Below are positions 11,529 to 21,912 of a DNA stretch of 64,000 bases, piece by piece (position 1 is the stretch's first letter; the number at the start of each line of letters is the position of its first letter). The notes under the pieces are model-generated. The model saw only the letters and a list, made by a program, of their open reading frames with translations. It was not told the origin of the DNA and did no database searches. Source of the DNA: Kudoa neothunni (taxonomy: Eukaryota > Animalia > Cnidaria). The position numbers were made by a program, and so were the translations under genes. The stretch lies in contig OZ199840.1 in NCBI GenBank assembly GCA_964304625.1, positions 9,965,248 to 10,029,247 on the forward strand. Direction: 5' to 3'.

Positions 11529-13978
11529 CCTTCCGAGCATGCCAAAACCGACTATACACCAAGCGTTTTTTGGGGTCCAATGGGCCCCAGGTTTTTATTC
11601 GTTTATTTGGTTTCAAAAATTATAAAAGGAAGTTTTTAAGTTTTTAAAAAATTCTATCGTAGAGAAAAAATAATAGTTCCAAAATATTGCTGTTCCGACA
11701 TAATCCGGAAATCACAGAACAACAAATTCGATTTATTTTTGTTATTTCTCTATTTTAATTTGATTAAATCGCATCGTATAATGAAAGATGTTATGTAAAA
11801 ATTATAATTAGAAAAAAATTAACAAAGATATACTCAAAAGACAGCTGGTACAGTTTTTATGAATCTGGTATTATTAGAATTTATTTCATTATTTTCGTAC
11901 TATTTCAAATATAAAACGTTCTTAAAGTTATAAATATATTTACAAAATGTTTCAAACTTTTTATGCCTGTCACCTCAGATATAATAATCACAACGACACC
12001 TAATTTTGTTAACATTGGCAATTTAGATATACATGTTGCACTATGATCTACCGCAAATTTACGTTTATGATTGAAGAATGTATCAGTAAGAACAAAGTAA
12101 TAAACAAAACAGATATATATATATATATAGATTAATTTTTAGGTTGATTTACACAGTTAGAACAAATGATTTTTGAATGGCTATTGCAGCAATGTTTCGA
12201 GCACTTATAACAGCGTGTTTTTGTTTTTTTATCAGATAACCTAGCACAAATGTTACATCTTTTTTTCGATGTAGAGAGAGTATTTTCGTCGAATGGAATA
12301 GATTCATCGCCGCTAACAAAAGGTTTGAATAATGAATCCGCCAACTGTTCCAAATATTGGTTTCTTGAGATACTGGGATTCTTGAAAATGACTTTATATA
12401 AGTAATAGGAATTAACCAGGCTTATATCAATCATGTTGTAAAAAATCACCATTGGCCACCCTTTGGTATATCTTTTTACGCTCGTCATTGACAATATTCG
12501 GTCGATCGTATCCACGCCTCCTTCGGTTCTATTGTAGTCCACAATAACTTCAGGTTTTTTGTTTTATCATCTGTAAAATTTGTGTTGTTGGAAGAAGTAG
12601 CTAGTAAAATAACTGCTTTATTCTTTTTTGGCACATATGATAATAGCATATTTTTGCCATTAAATACAAAAATAGACGAAAAAACCTCTCTTGATTTTAG
12701 TGGCTTTAATATAGGCGGGATGTCTCTTTTATTATGTCTGAGTGTTCCTAACAATGTTAAATTTAGATCAAGAAGTTTCTTCCCCAGCGGAACCGATGTG
12801 AAAAAGTTATCGCATACGATATTTCGTCCGGTTTCTTTTAAATAAGAACAAAGATCTAAAACGACATTTTCTCCAACATTTTTTGCTCTTTGGGTATTTT
12901 TATTTCTACCGAGATAGACAGATATATTGTGGGTAAAATTGGTGATTGGATCAGTTAGAAGAAAAAACTTTATGCCATACACAGCTGGTTTGGAAGGCAT
13001 ATACTGTTTAAATGAACATCTACCACGAAACGCAACTAGTTGTTCATCAACAGTTAGATCATCATGCGGAATTAAACACATGTGTAAAATATTTTTCCAT
13101 TTTTCGAATACTTCCCCTATGTAGCAGAATTTGTCGTTGACCTTGCGAATTTCCCTAGTCTCATAGTCATCAAAATGAAGACTTCTGTTAATCTGTGTAA
13201 ACCTTGCCAATGGCATAATCTTTCGGAAAATCTCACGTCCTTTATCAATACTCCATAATTGTTTGAGGGATTCCATTTTGGATTTGAATATTGACATGTA
13301 AATTAAAATACCAAGATACGCTTTAAATTCAATAATATTTAGCATCTTCCATTTTTCACCATAATGAAAAGCCCCATATTTGTGTGTTAGCAGTGACGGT
13401 TTCATCAAATTCATCATTGAAGAATAATGTAAAACAATCATCAATATTACAAATCCGTGAGTTTGAATATGCAGTTATGCCCGGCTTTTTCGTCATCATA
13501 TTTTCTTTTCTAGATTTTGTAGTGGTTGGGATAGCGGATGTCCACAACACATCATTTTTATCCAAGTATAAATTGTTGTGATCTAAATCATCTAAATAAT
13601 CATCTTCAATCTCTTCCATTTCACGACAAATATGCAATCCGGTGAAACCGCACACCTACGGAAACCAACAAACTCGAATTTTCTAATTGATTGCAACTAT
13701 AGAAACTTTTATAAACTTGTTATTTTTTTTCATAATTTTATAATTTAATATATGAAGAAAATGTGGGGTCCGTTGGACCCCATAAAATGCCAGGTGTATA
13801 AAATTGATATAAAATCTCGATTGGAAGGAAATCTCAAATTATTAAAAAATATTTAAAAAATAAACTAAATTTTTGAGGAATAATAATAGTAAAGTCGATA
13901 TTTTAGACAACAGGTGATCCGCAAAACCCCCTCGACATTCGTTTTGTGGTCCATTGGACCCCAAAAATACTCGGAATG
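11529..13978 (-). mobile_element. piggyBac element B (PGBD4-like), two frameshifts
   Basis: TTAG|CCTTCCGAGCAT...ATACTCGGAATG|TTAA inserted at a TTAA that is empty in the 36-38 kb copy of element A. ORFs 13655-13356, 13444-12485 (TVDEQLVAFRGRC, CDNFFTS) and 12542-12132 (YN.TEGGVD plus Cys-rich C-terminus). GGGGTCCnnTGGACCCC-type subterminal palindromes. Confidence 0.92.
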
Positions 13979-14102
13979 TTAAACAAATTATTGTAAGATA
14001 TACAGTGGCGTGAAGACTGTGCCGAAAAGAGAACGAAAAACCGTTATGGGTTAATATCGGTTAATTTCGAGACAATATTGAGAGCGGTTTTTTGGTGATA
14101 AC

Positions 14103-14888
14103 ATGGATTTAACGATAACTCTTCCCCATGTAGGATCAATAGATCTAGATAAAGCCAATATCTCTCTTATTGATTTATTATCCTTCAACCAAAAATACTG
14201 TATCGATTTTCTAATGCATATTGGGCTACTTAATCGAAACATGAAATGTTGTGAGAAAAGTGCGTCACTTTCGAGAAGGACAAATTCGTTAGATGGTTAT
14301 AACTACTACTGCAACCAGTGTTTAAAGAGCCATTCTGTTAGAAAGGGGTCATTTTTTGAACGAAGTCATTTGAGTTTTGTACAAATTTTAAAAATTCTTT
14401 ATTATTATGGAAAAGGTATAACAAATCAAGAATTTTTAATGGATGAAATAAATGTCTCATCTAGAACAATCGTTGATTGGAAGAATTTCATCAGAAACAT
14501 TTATTCAAATCATATCATTGAACACTCCAGTAAAATTGGTGGACCTTATATCATTGTTCAAATAGATGAAATAGGCGAGGTATTTATGGAAATAACAACC
14601 AGAAGAAACCAAAAAACACTAGAATCCATCATTGCCAACAATGTTGAAACCGGATTTATAATATGGTCAGATTGCTGGGGTGGCTACAGGAGCCTTGATT
14701 CTGTTGGAGATTTTCATGAGGTAGTTATCCACTCAAAAGAGTTTGTTTCATCACAAGGTGTCCACACAAACAGAATTGAGAACATTTGGGGAGCTTGTAA
14801 ACGAAAATTTAATAACTTTCGAAACAAGAAACCCAATCTGATAAAATCATATTTGTCAGAATATATTTTCAAAAAAATTCAAAAATAG
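14103..14888 (+). CDS. Merlin/ISXO2 (IS1595-like) transposase, apparently with internal deletion
   Basis: N-terminal Cys cluster, SVRKGSFFE, KIGGP..IVQIDE, IWSDCWGGY and GVHTNRIENIWG. The usual segment after IDE (RKYNRG..WVFG) is missing. Confidence 0.8.
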   Translation: MDLTITLPHVGSIDLDKANISLIDLLSFNQKYCIDFLMHIGLLNRNMKCCEKSASLSRRTNSLDGYNYYCNQCLKSHSVRKGSFFERSHLSFVQILKILYYYGKGITNQEFLMDEINVSSRTIVDWKNFIRNIYSNHIIEHSSKIGGPYIIVQIDEIGEVFMEITTRRNQKTLESIIANNVETGFIIWSDCWGGYRSLDSVGDFHEVVIHSKEFVSSQGVHTNRIENIWGACKRKFNNFRNKKPNLIKSYLSEYIFKKIQK

Positions 14889-15662
14889 AGTTTTTAGAGA
14901 AACCATTAATCAAATAAAACTAATCTATAGCTTCAATAATTAAGAATGTGTTTTATTAAAACTTGTTTTTTCGCGTATATCGACGCGCGTACTAGTTAGT
15001 GCTAAAGTAAATTTTAGCCGCACACGCAAGTACGTGAAATTGGACGTGACCGGTTATACACACATTTTTATTGGTCCCAAGGGGAATTTCGTGAAATTGG
15101 TTTCTTACTGTATAATTAATTTACTGAGATGTATTATGTATCAAAATTTCTGTAAAAACTAGCGACAACCACAAAACGTTGGAATCATAAAATCCCTATC
15201 CAAATCCTTAATAATTCTAATTTCAACACATAATCACTTTCGTTTTTTTAAAATATTTTCCTTGACCCTCGATTTTTTAAAGGCCTAATTACGATGGATC
15301 CGTTGGATCCCCATGAGCGGACTGGTTACTGCAGCAGGTGCGAATATCTTCTGAACTAACGTTTACATCAAAATCTTTATTTCATAAATACGAATAACAA
15401 TAATTAAATAATATTATTAAATAGGTTTTGGTCAATTTTTTTAATTCCTATCAATTCATTGAACAATATGATTTTAAATCATCATGTTTTGCTCGTATCA
15501 TGAAATACAAATGAAATCCTGAATGCAATAATATTATTAACAGATTAAATTTACTCTATTGGTAAATCAATTGATATAAAAAATATTCCCTAATCAGTTA
15601 GTATCATTGTTTCGTAAAGACACGAATATGTGCTATTTGAATTAATTGTTATTTAATAATAT

Positions 15663-17367
15663 ATGCTTGGTGTTGTTATCTTTTCTATATTTTTGGTGAC
15701 TGTGTCACTTGGTAATAACAACAAATTTATATAGATATGATTATGTTCGTGTAGAACGAGCGTTGGATTCTTATGTCATGGACCAGGGTGCACCTCCCTC
15801 CTGGATGACCACCGAGCAACGAGCTGCAGCCGTAGTTGATAGATGGTATGTCGATACTCAAACGGCGAAATGCAAACCGTTTAAATATTTGGGGTCCCTA
15901 GGAAATTTTAACAATTTTGTATCAAAAGCTGTTTGTGAAAACCATCGTAAAGCATATGTTCCTAGAAGATTTTAATATTAACATTAGTTAAATTTACACC
16001 GGAAGAAAAATCAGAGGCCTGTGCATTACCTGCAGCACCAGGTTCCTGCCACTTACCAGAAGAGAAAAAATTAGTTAGATGGTATTATTCAAAAACTGTA
16101 GTTGAAAATGGCAATAAAAATTCTTGTTATCAGTTCAAATACACCGGATGTGGTGGAAATGCTAATAATTTTGAGACTAAAACTGAATGTGAAAACGCCT
16201 GTCGAAGTAATCCGATTAAAATTCTTGAATAATGCAAATTTAAGACTATATTTTTTAGATAACAAGAATGGAGATGTTGCAGATGATACTGTGGAAGATA
16301 CACTGACTAAGACACCCAATGAGTTTGACTGTCTTTACGCAGCCGAAGTAGATAGTGAAACCCCAAAAATGGGTATAGTTCTTCATAAGGATAAAAAGAA
16401 ATGTGTATATGCAGCTGTTGGTGGAGAGGCTAAAAGAGGTTTTTTTGATGATTTACCAACCTGCGTTGATACATGCATAAGTATTTATTTTGTGACAATT
16501 GACACCATAATCAAATATAGCTGACTATGTTGCTGCCTGCAAACAAACGGTTCCATTCCAAATTACACCTGAAAGTGAACTTAATGATGAAACCAAAGTA
16601 AAAGAATATTATTATTTCAACGAAACGAGAAAAGCTTGCCTGCCATTTATATCTGAAATTCCTGATCAAACTTTCAAACTTGACGATGGCGAAAATAATA
16701 TATTTAGCTCGGTGGAATTGTGTGCAAGTTTTTGTCCTGCAAGTATTCGATCAACTAAATCAGGAATATTTAATTTATTATACTGTTAAATAAAATAGCT
16801 GCTCATATTGGGGAACTTAAAGCTGTTGATGTGTGCAATCAACCAAAGGTTGGCGAGGCTAGTAGTGACGATATGTACCAGTTAACTCGATATTATTATG
16901 AAAAGTCCGCGGGAGAAAATGGGGTGTGCAAGGAATTTATATTTAATGGAAAAGAAATGAATCTGAATAACTTTAAAAAACAAGAAGCCTGTAATGCGAT
17001 TTGCACAACACCATTAACACCCACTACTGTTTCCCCAAGTCAGGTTGATACTCAAAAACTAATTCAGAGTACGCAGCAAACTTCAGCTCATCAAACTAGA
17101 GAAGCAGAACAAACTGGTACCTTAGAAGTTGACACAAATTTAACAGGTGAAAAAGTTGTTGGAAATAATATAGAAATTAATAAGATTCCTGGCACAGTTC
17201 CTAGTAAACCAATCGCCGAAGATGCAACTCCACAACAAAAACCGGAAAATTGCCTCATTTTTTTCTTTAATATATGCTGGTGAAACATTTTTTAATTAAA
17301 ATATGTAATTTAGTGGTTATATAGGGTTGAAAGATCAAAAAAACGAACCGCACAAAAGACGGATTAG
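15663..17367 (+). CDS. Secreted penta-Kunitz protein, copy 2
   Basis: Near-identical to copy 1 in exons 1-3; different, longer T/Q/E-rich stalk; last exon WVERSKKRTAQKTD*. Confidence 0.88.
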
Positions 17368-17804
17368 CTCATGAAAAATTATTTATATTTTTCCTTAATT
17401 TATTAAATCTAGTTCTTGATAATTGATCCTTGTATCTATATTGATGAAATACAGTAAAGTTTTGATATAGCGCTCTAAATTGAGGTATTAGTTTACACGG
17501 CCCAATAATTAACCGTTACGAAATATCGAATTATGGCGTATGTGTTAAAATAATAAATATTTTATTTGTATTTTATAATTAAAAATGTGAAGGACATCGA
17601 TCTAATAGTATAAACGCTTTTCTTCTTTGTTTCGCGATCTTTTGATCCAGATTATTAGAATATCAAAAAAGATTGTAGACGATATGTACCCTTTCTGATC
17701 GTGATATTTAACAAGAAGATCATTAATTCCTTTAAAAAATTGAGTTTCTTATATTTACGAATGATATTAAATGGAAACTTTATTCCGGTAAATAAAACAG
17801 TCAC

Positions 17805-20800
17805 TGTTAGGACTTGTTGGCGCTAATCCGCCGAGGAGGATTAGACAAGGACGTTAGGCTTATCGTATTTTTGGTTCAATGAGTTTTTCTAACGGCTTTA
17901 ACAATGGCATAGTGAGCAACGTGAACCAATGCGATGGAAAAGCTGTGGAGTCTTGGGTGGCAAACTTTGATTTGCTCGTACTCCACAGGCAAATTCCAAC
18001 AGAGCGATGGACATTGGAGCTCCTCGTATCGTTGGCACCTCCTGTATTCAAGGTTGTCCAAGAAGCTGGATATGGGCTTCAATCTCCCTATGCCGAAGTT
18101 AAGGACTACTTGTTGCGGAGATTTGGAAAGCCAAAAGATACGTTTGTGGCCCAAAGAGAATTCTCCAGTTGTGTACAACGTGAATGTCAAACGTTGCTGG
18201 AGTTTGGTGAGGACGTACGAGAAAGGGAAGAGAGGCCTTTAGTACCATCGACCACACTCAATTGGACGAAATCCTTAAAAACCAATTTATTCATGGAGTA
18301 GCATCCTCCGAAACGAAAAAGAATTTGCTGGTGAAGGATCCTACCACCTTCAATGAGGCATTTGAGCTAGCCCAAAAACTGGAATTTGCAGCGAAGAAGG
18401 AGGAGAATACTCAGGAACAAATGAATATGTTGGCGATTAAAGAGGAGGATGTGTTAAAAACCATTTTGAGGAGATTGGATTCCTTAGAGAACGCTAAGAA
18501 GAAGATCAAATGTTTCGGGTGCGGAAAATTGGGGCACTACAAAAAAGACTGCTTTAACAAAAAATATAATAATAATAGTTCTTGTTATTCGTTGTTGTTT
18601 TTACGCGTGTTGGTAGCTGGCGAGAATGTTGATGGCTTGTTAGACACAGGGTCACAATCAAGTGCAATAAGCTCCAGTTTCTATCAGAAACTTAATAACA
18701 GGCGGTTAGAAACATCGTGTGTTAGAATAATGTCTGCTGGTGGCGATAGAATGAAGGTCAAAGGGAGGATAGACCTTAAGCTTCAGCGTGGGAATAATCA
18801 CGTTGTCCAAACATTTTATGTTATCGACGATCTGCTATACGAATGTATATTAGGTATGGATGCAATAATTTCTTTGGGCATCAATGTTACAATTGGAAAT
18901 ATCCCTATCAAATCAATGCAAAAACGTGGCAGTGCGAGACCTGAAATTTTATCAATGAAATGGGCTGAATTAGAACGGCAACAAATCGAACATCGAATCA
19001 ATACTAAAAATCACGAACCCATTAAAGATGTACGGAGAAAAATCCCTTATCATAGGCGTGAAATAATTGAAAAGCTAATAGATGAAATGTTACGAAATGA
19101 TGTCATCGAGAAATCGAACTCTGAGTGGGCATTTAATGCCGTTGTCGTTCCCAAAAAATCGGGTAAGTACAGATTGTGTGTGGATTTTAGAAAACTCAAT
19201 GCGATAACTACGAAAGACTCCTATCCGTTGCCTCGTATAGACGAAATCTTGGATATGTTTGGTAACTCAAAATGTTTCACCGTGCTCGATCTTAAAGATG
19301 GCTATCATAACGTCCCAATTTGTGAGAGCGATAGAAGCAAAACGGCTTTCTATGGTGTAAATGGTTTATACCAATTCAAGAAAATGCCTTTTGGCTTATG
19401 CAACGCACCAGCTACGTTCCAAAGACTTATGAATTTGGTGTTACGGCCATATATCGGTCCAAAATGCTTTGTCTACTTAGACGACGTTATTATTTATGGA
19501 GAGAATATGGATGTTCATAAGGAAGATGTTAGAAAAATTGTGGAGACATTGAAAAAGTCCTCTTTGATTATTAATTACGAGAAATCCTGTTTTTATCAAA
19601 ATGAAGTGAAGTTTCTTGGCCATATAATCAATAGCAAAGGCATCAAACCAGATCCTGTAAAAACAGAAGTTATTGATAATTGGCCAGCACCCATTAATGT
19701 TAAGGAATTGCAACAATTCCTTGGTCTTGTGAATTATTATAGAAAATTTGTCAAAGATTTTTCGGGGATATCATCTCCTTTATATGAATTATTGAAAACT
19801 AATGATGAATGGAGTTGGTCTGAGGAATGTGTAAGAAGTTTTACTTCATTGAAAAGATTGATTGCGGATCCAGTGTTACTCTACTCTCCTGATTGGAATA
19901 TCCCCTACGTGTTGGATACGGACGCTAGTAATATTTCGATTGGCGGGGTATTGTCGCAAACGGTCAACGGAAAAGAACATGTCATTTGTTTCGGCAGTCG
20001 TAGTTTGTCATCCAGAGAAAGAAACTACAGGACAACCAGGAAGGAATGATTGGCTTTAGTAAACTTTGTCAAATATCACAAGATGTACCTTATTGGGAAA
20101 AAGTTTACCATTAGAACGGATCATAACGCATTACGTTGGCTATTGTCGTTCAAGAATCCGGAAGGACAGTTGGCACGATGGTTAGAGCAGCTAGCTGAGT
20201 TTGATTTCGATGTGGTACATAGGCCTGGGAAGGAACACGTCAATGCTGATTCGCTTTCTCGAATTCCAACCAAGAAAATCTGTTCAGCTATCCAAATAGA
20301 AAGAATTAATAAGGAAGTACTTCGTGTTGAACAGCGAAATGACCCATCACTATATCAAATAATTAATTGGATTGAATCAAACTCAATGTCTTTGAAACAG
20401 CCAAGTAACAAGAACAGAGAAGTTCAAGTTTTATGGATGCTAAGAGAAAGTCTGAAATTGGTGGATGGTATACTGTACAGAGCGAACCTAAGTGAAAGCA
20501 ATAACGAGATAACGTTGAGATTGGTTGTTCCTGTTAGTATGAGGAAAGAGGTTCTGGAGTTGGCACATGACAATATTGCTAGTGGACATCTTGGCCATAA
20601 TAAGGTGTACGATGGTTTGGTTTCAAAATTTTATTGGCCGTATCAACGGAAAGATGTAAGAAATTGGTGCGAATCATGTGTTGCTTGTGGATCTAGAAAC
20701 CGTGTGACAAAGAAATTCGTGGCTGAATTGAAGACGGATGTGTCAAGCAGTCCTATGGAACGAGTAGCTATCGATATTGTCGGCCCATTGAACGTAACCC

Positions 20801-21757
20801 CAAAGGGGAACCGCTACATTTGTGTTGTACAAGATTATTTCACGAAATGGGCAGAAGCGTTCCCAATAAAAAATCAAGAGACTAGCACTATAGCAAAAAA
20901 ATTGGTTAACAATGTTTTCAGTCGTTTCGGCATTCCATCGATTCTCCACAGTGACCAAGGTAAAAACTTTGAGTCGGCGTTGTTTAAAGAAATGTGTTCA
21001 ATACTTGGTATAAAGAAAACTATGACTTGTCCCTATAATCCCAAGTCCGACGGTATGGTTGAGCGGTTAAATCGCACAATTATTGATATGATTAGCAAAT
21101 TTCCTCCGAGCTATACCAATTGGGACGACTTGGTTCCATTGGTCATGATGGCATACAGATCTTCTACCCATGCTTCAACAAAATTTTCTCCTAACTTTCT
21201 AATGCTTGGCAGGGAAGTGAAATCTCCAATTGATACGGTTTTAAATGTTGTCACTGATGGTTTCACCTCCGAGAATTATGTGCGAAATCTTGTTGTGGAT
21301 TTACAACGGACCCATAAATTAGCAAAAGAAAATATGCAGCGCGAACTCGATAAAACTAAATTAAGATATAATAACAAAGCCTACGGAAATCCATATAAAA
21401 TAGGCGATAAGGTCTGGTTACAAATTCCTGTCCGAAGAAACAAGTTGGAGCCTTACTACAATGGTCCTTATGTTGTGGTAGATAGGGTGGCCGATTCTGT
21501 CTACAAATTAGAAAAAGGAGGAACAATGGTTGTTACGAATTTCGACAAATTAAAACCATTCGTCGAGAGACATGAGTACTTACATATGGAGACCAGTGGT
21601 TCAAATTCAAAATGTGAGCAATTATCTCAAGGGGGAAAAGTGTTAGGACTTGTTGGCGCTAATCCGCCGATTACGCCAAAACCGCCGAGGAGGATTAGAC
21701 AAGGACGTTAGGCTTATCGTATTTTTGGTTCAGTGAGTTTTTCTAACGGCTTTAACA
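17805..21757 (+). mobile_element. Ty3/gypsy LTR retrotransposon, near-intact, 3953 bp
   Basis: LTRs 17805-17903 and 21641-21757 (TG..CA), 5-bp TSD GTCAC, and the empty site is present in units 1 and 3. PBS TGGCATAGTGAGC (tRNA-Ser-like); PPT AAGGGGGAAAAG. Confidence 0.97.
17879..21711 (+). pseudogene. gag-pol polyprotein (CCHC, protease, RT, RNase H, integrase)
   Basis: CFGCGKLGHYKKDC, LLDTGS, YLDD, LDTDAS, HHCC/DDE integrase and GPY motif. One frameshift near 18220-18230 and one in-frame TGA at 20047-20049 (RKE*LAL). Confidence 0.93.
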
Positions 21758-21825
21758 GTCACTAATGCGGTGATACGTTTTTTTGATTGTTTCAATCATT
21801 TTTAATTTTATTCATCGTTTGTTAC

Positions 21826-21912
21826 TGTTACCAAGTGTTTATCGTAGCTCATGCGCGGGAATAATTTAGTTGTTTTAAAATGAGCGGTTCTTTGGAGCGT
21901 GGTAGCGTTACA
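21826..21912. mobile_element. Putative 87-bp solo LTR at the unit 2/unit 3 junction
   Basis: Begins TGTTAC and ends GTTACA; absent from units 1 and 3; similar in size to the neighbouring ~100-bp LTRs but unrelated in sequence. Confidence 0.5.

Larger units (their letters stand above)
7719..14050 (-). mobile_element. piggyBac element A (PGBD2/3-like, defective), copy 1
   Basis: TTAA|CCCACAGCGGTT...AACCGTTATGGG|TTAA. Broken minus-strand ORFs 7947-9589 with IDEQMIPYKG, GKPVRFRFK and YNKHMGGVDIAD. Uninterrupted sister copy at 36343-38613. Confidence 0.9.
7677..15019 (+). mobile_element. Merlin/ISXO2-like DNA transposon, interrupted by nested TEs
   Basis: TIRs GGCTAAAGTTTACTTTAGCGCTAGAGCGCGCGTCGATAT (7677-7715) and the inverted copy ending at 15019. 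Transposase ORF at 14103-14888. Confidence 0.85.

Noticed and set aside
20047-20049. Programmed stop-codon readthrough in pol
   Set aside because: The TGA falls at a normally Leu position inside RNase H (KELLAL); more simply a nonsense mutation.
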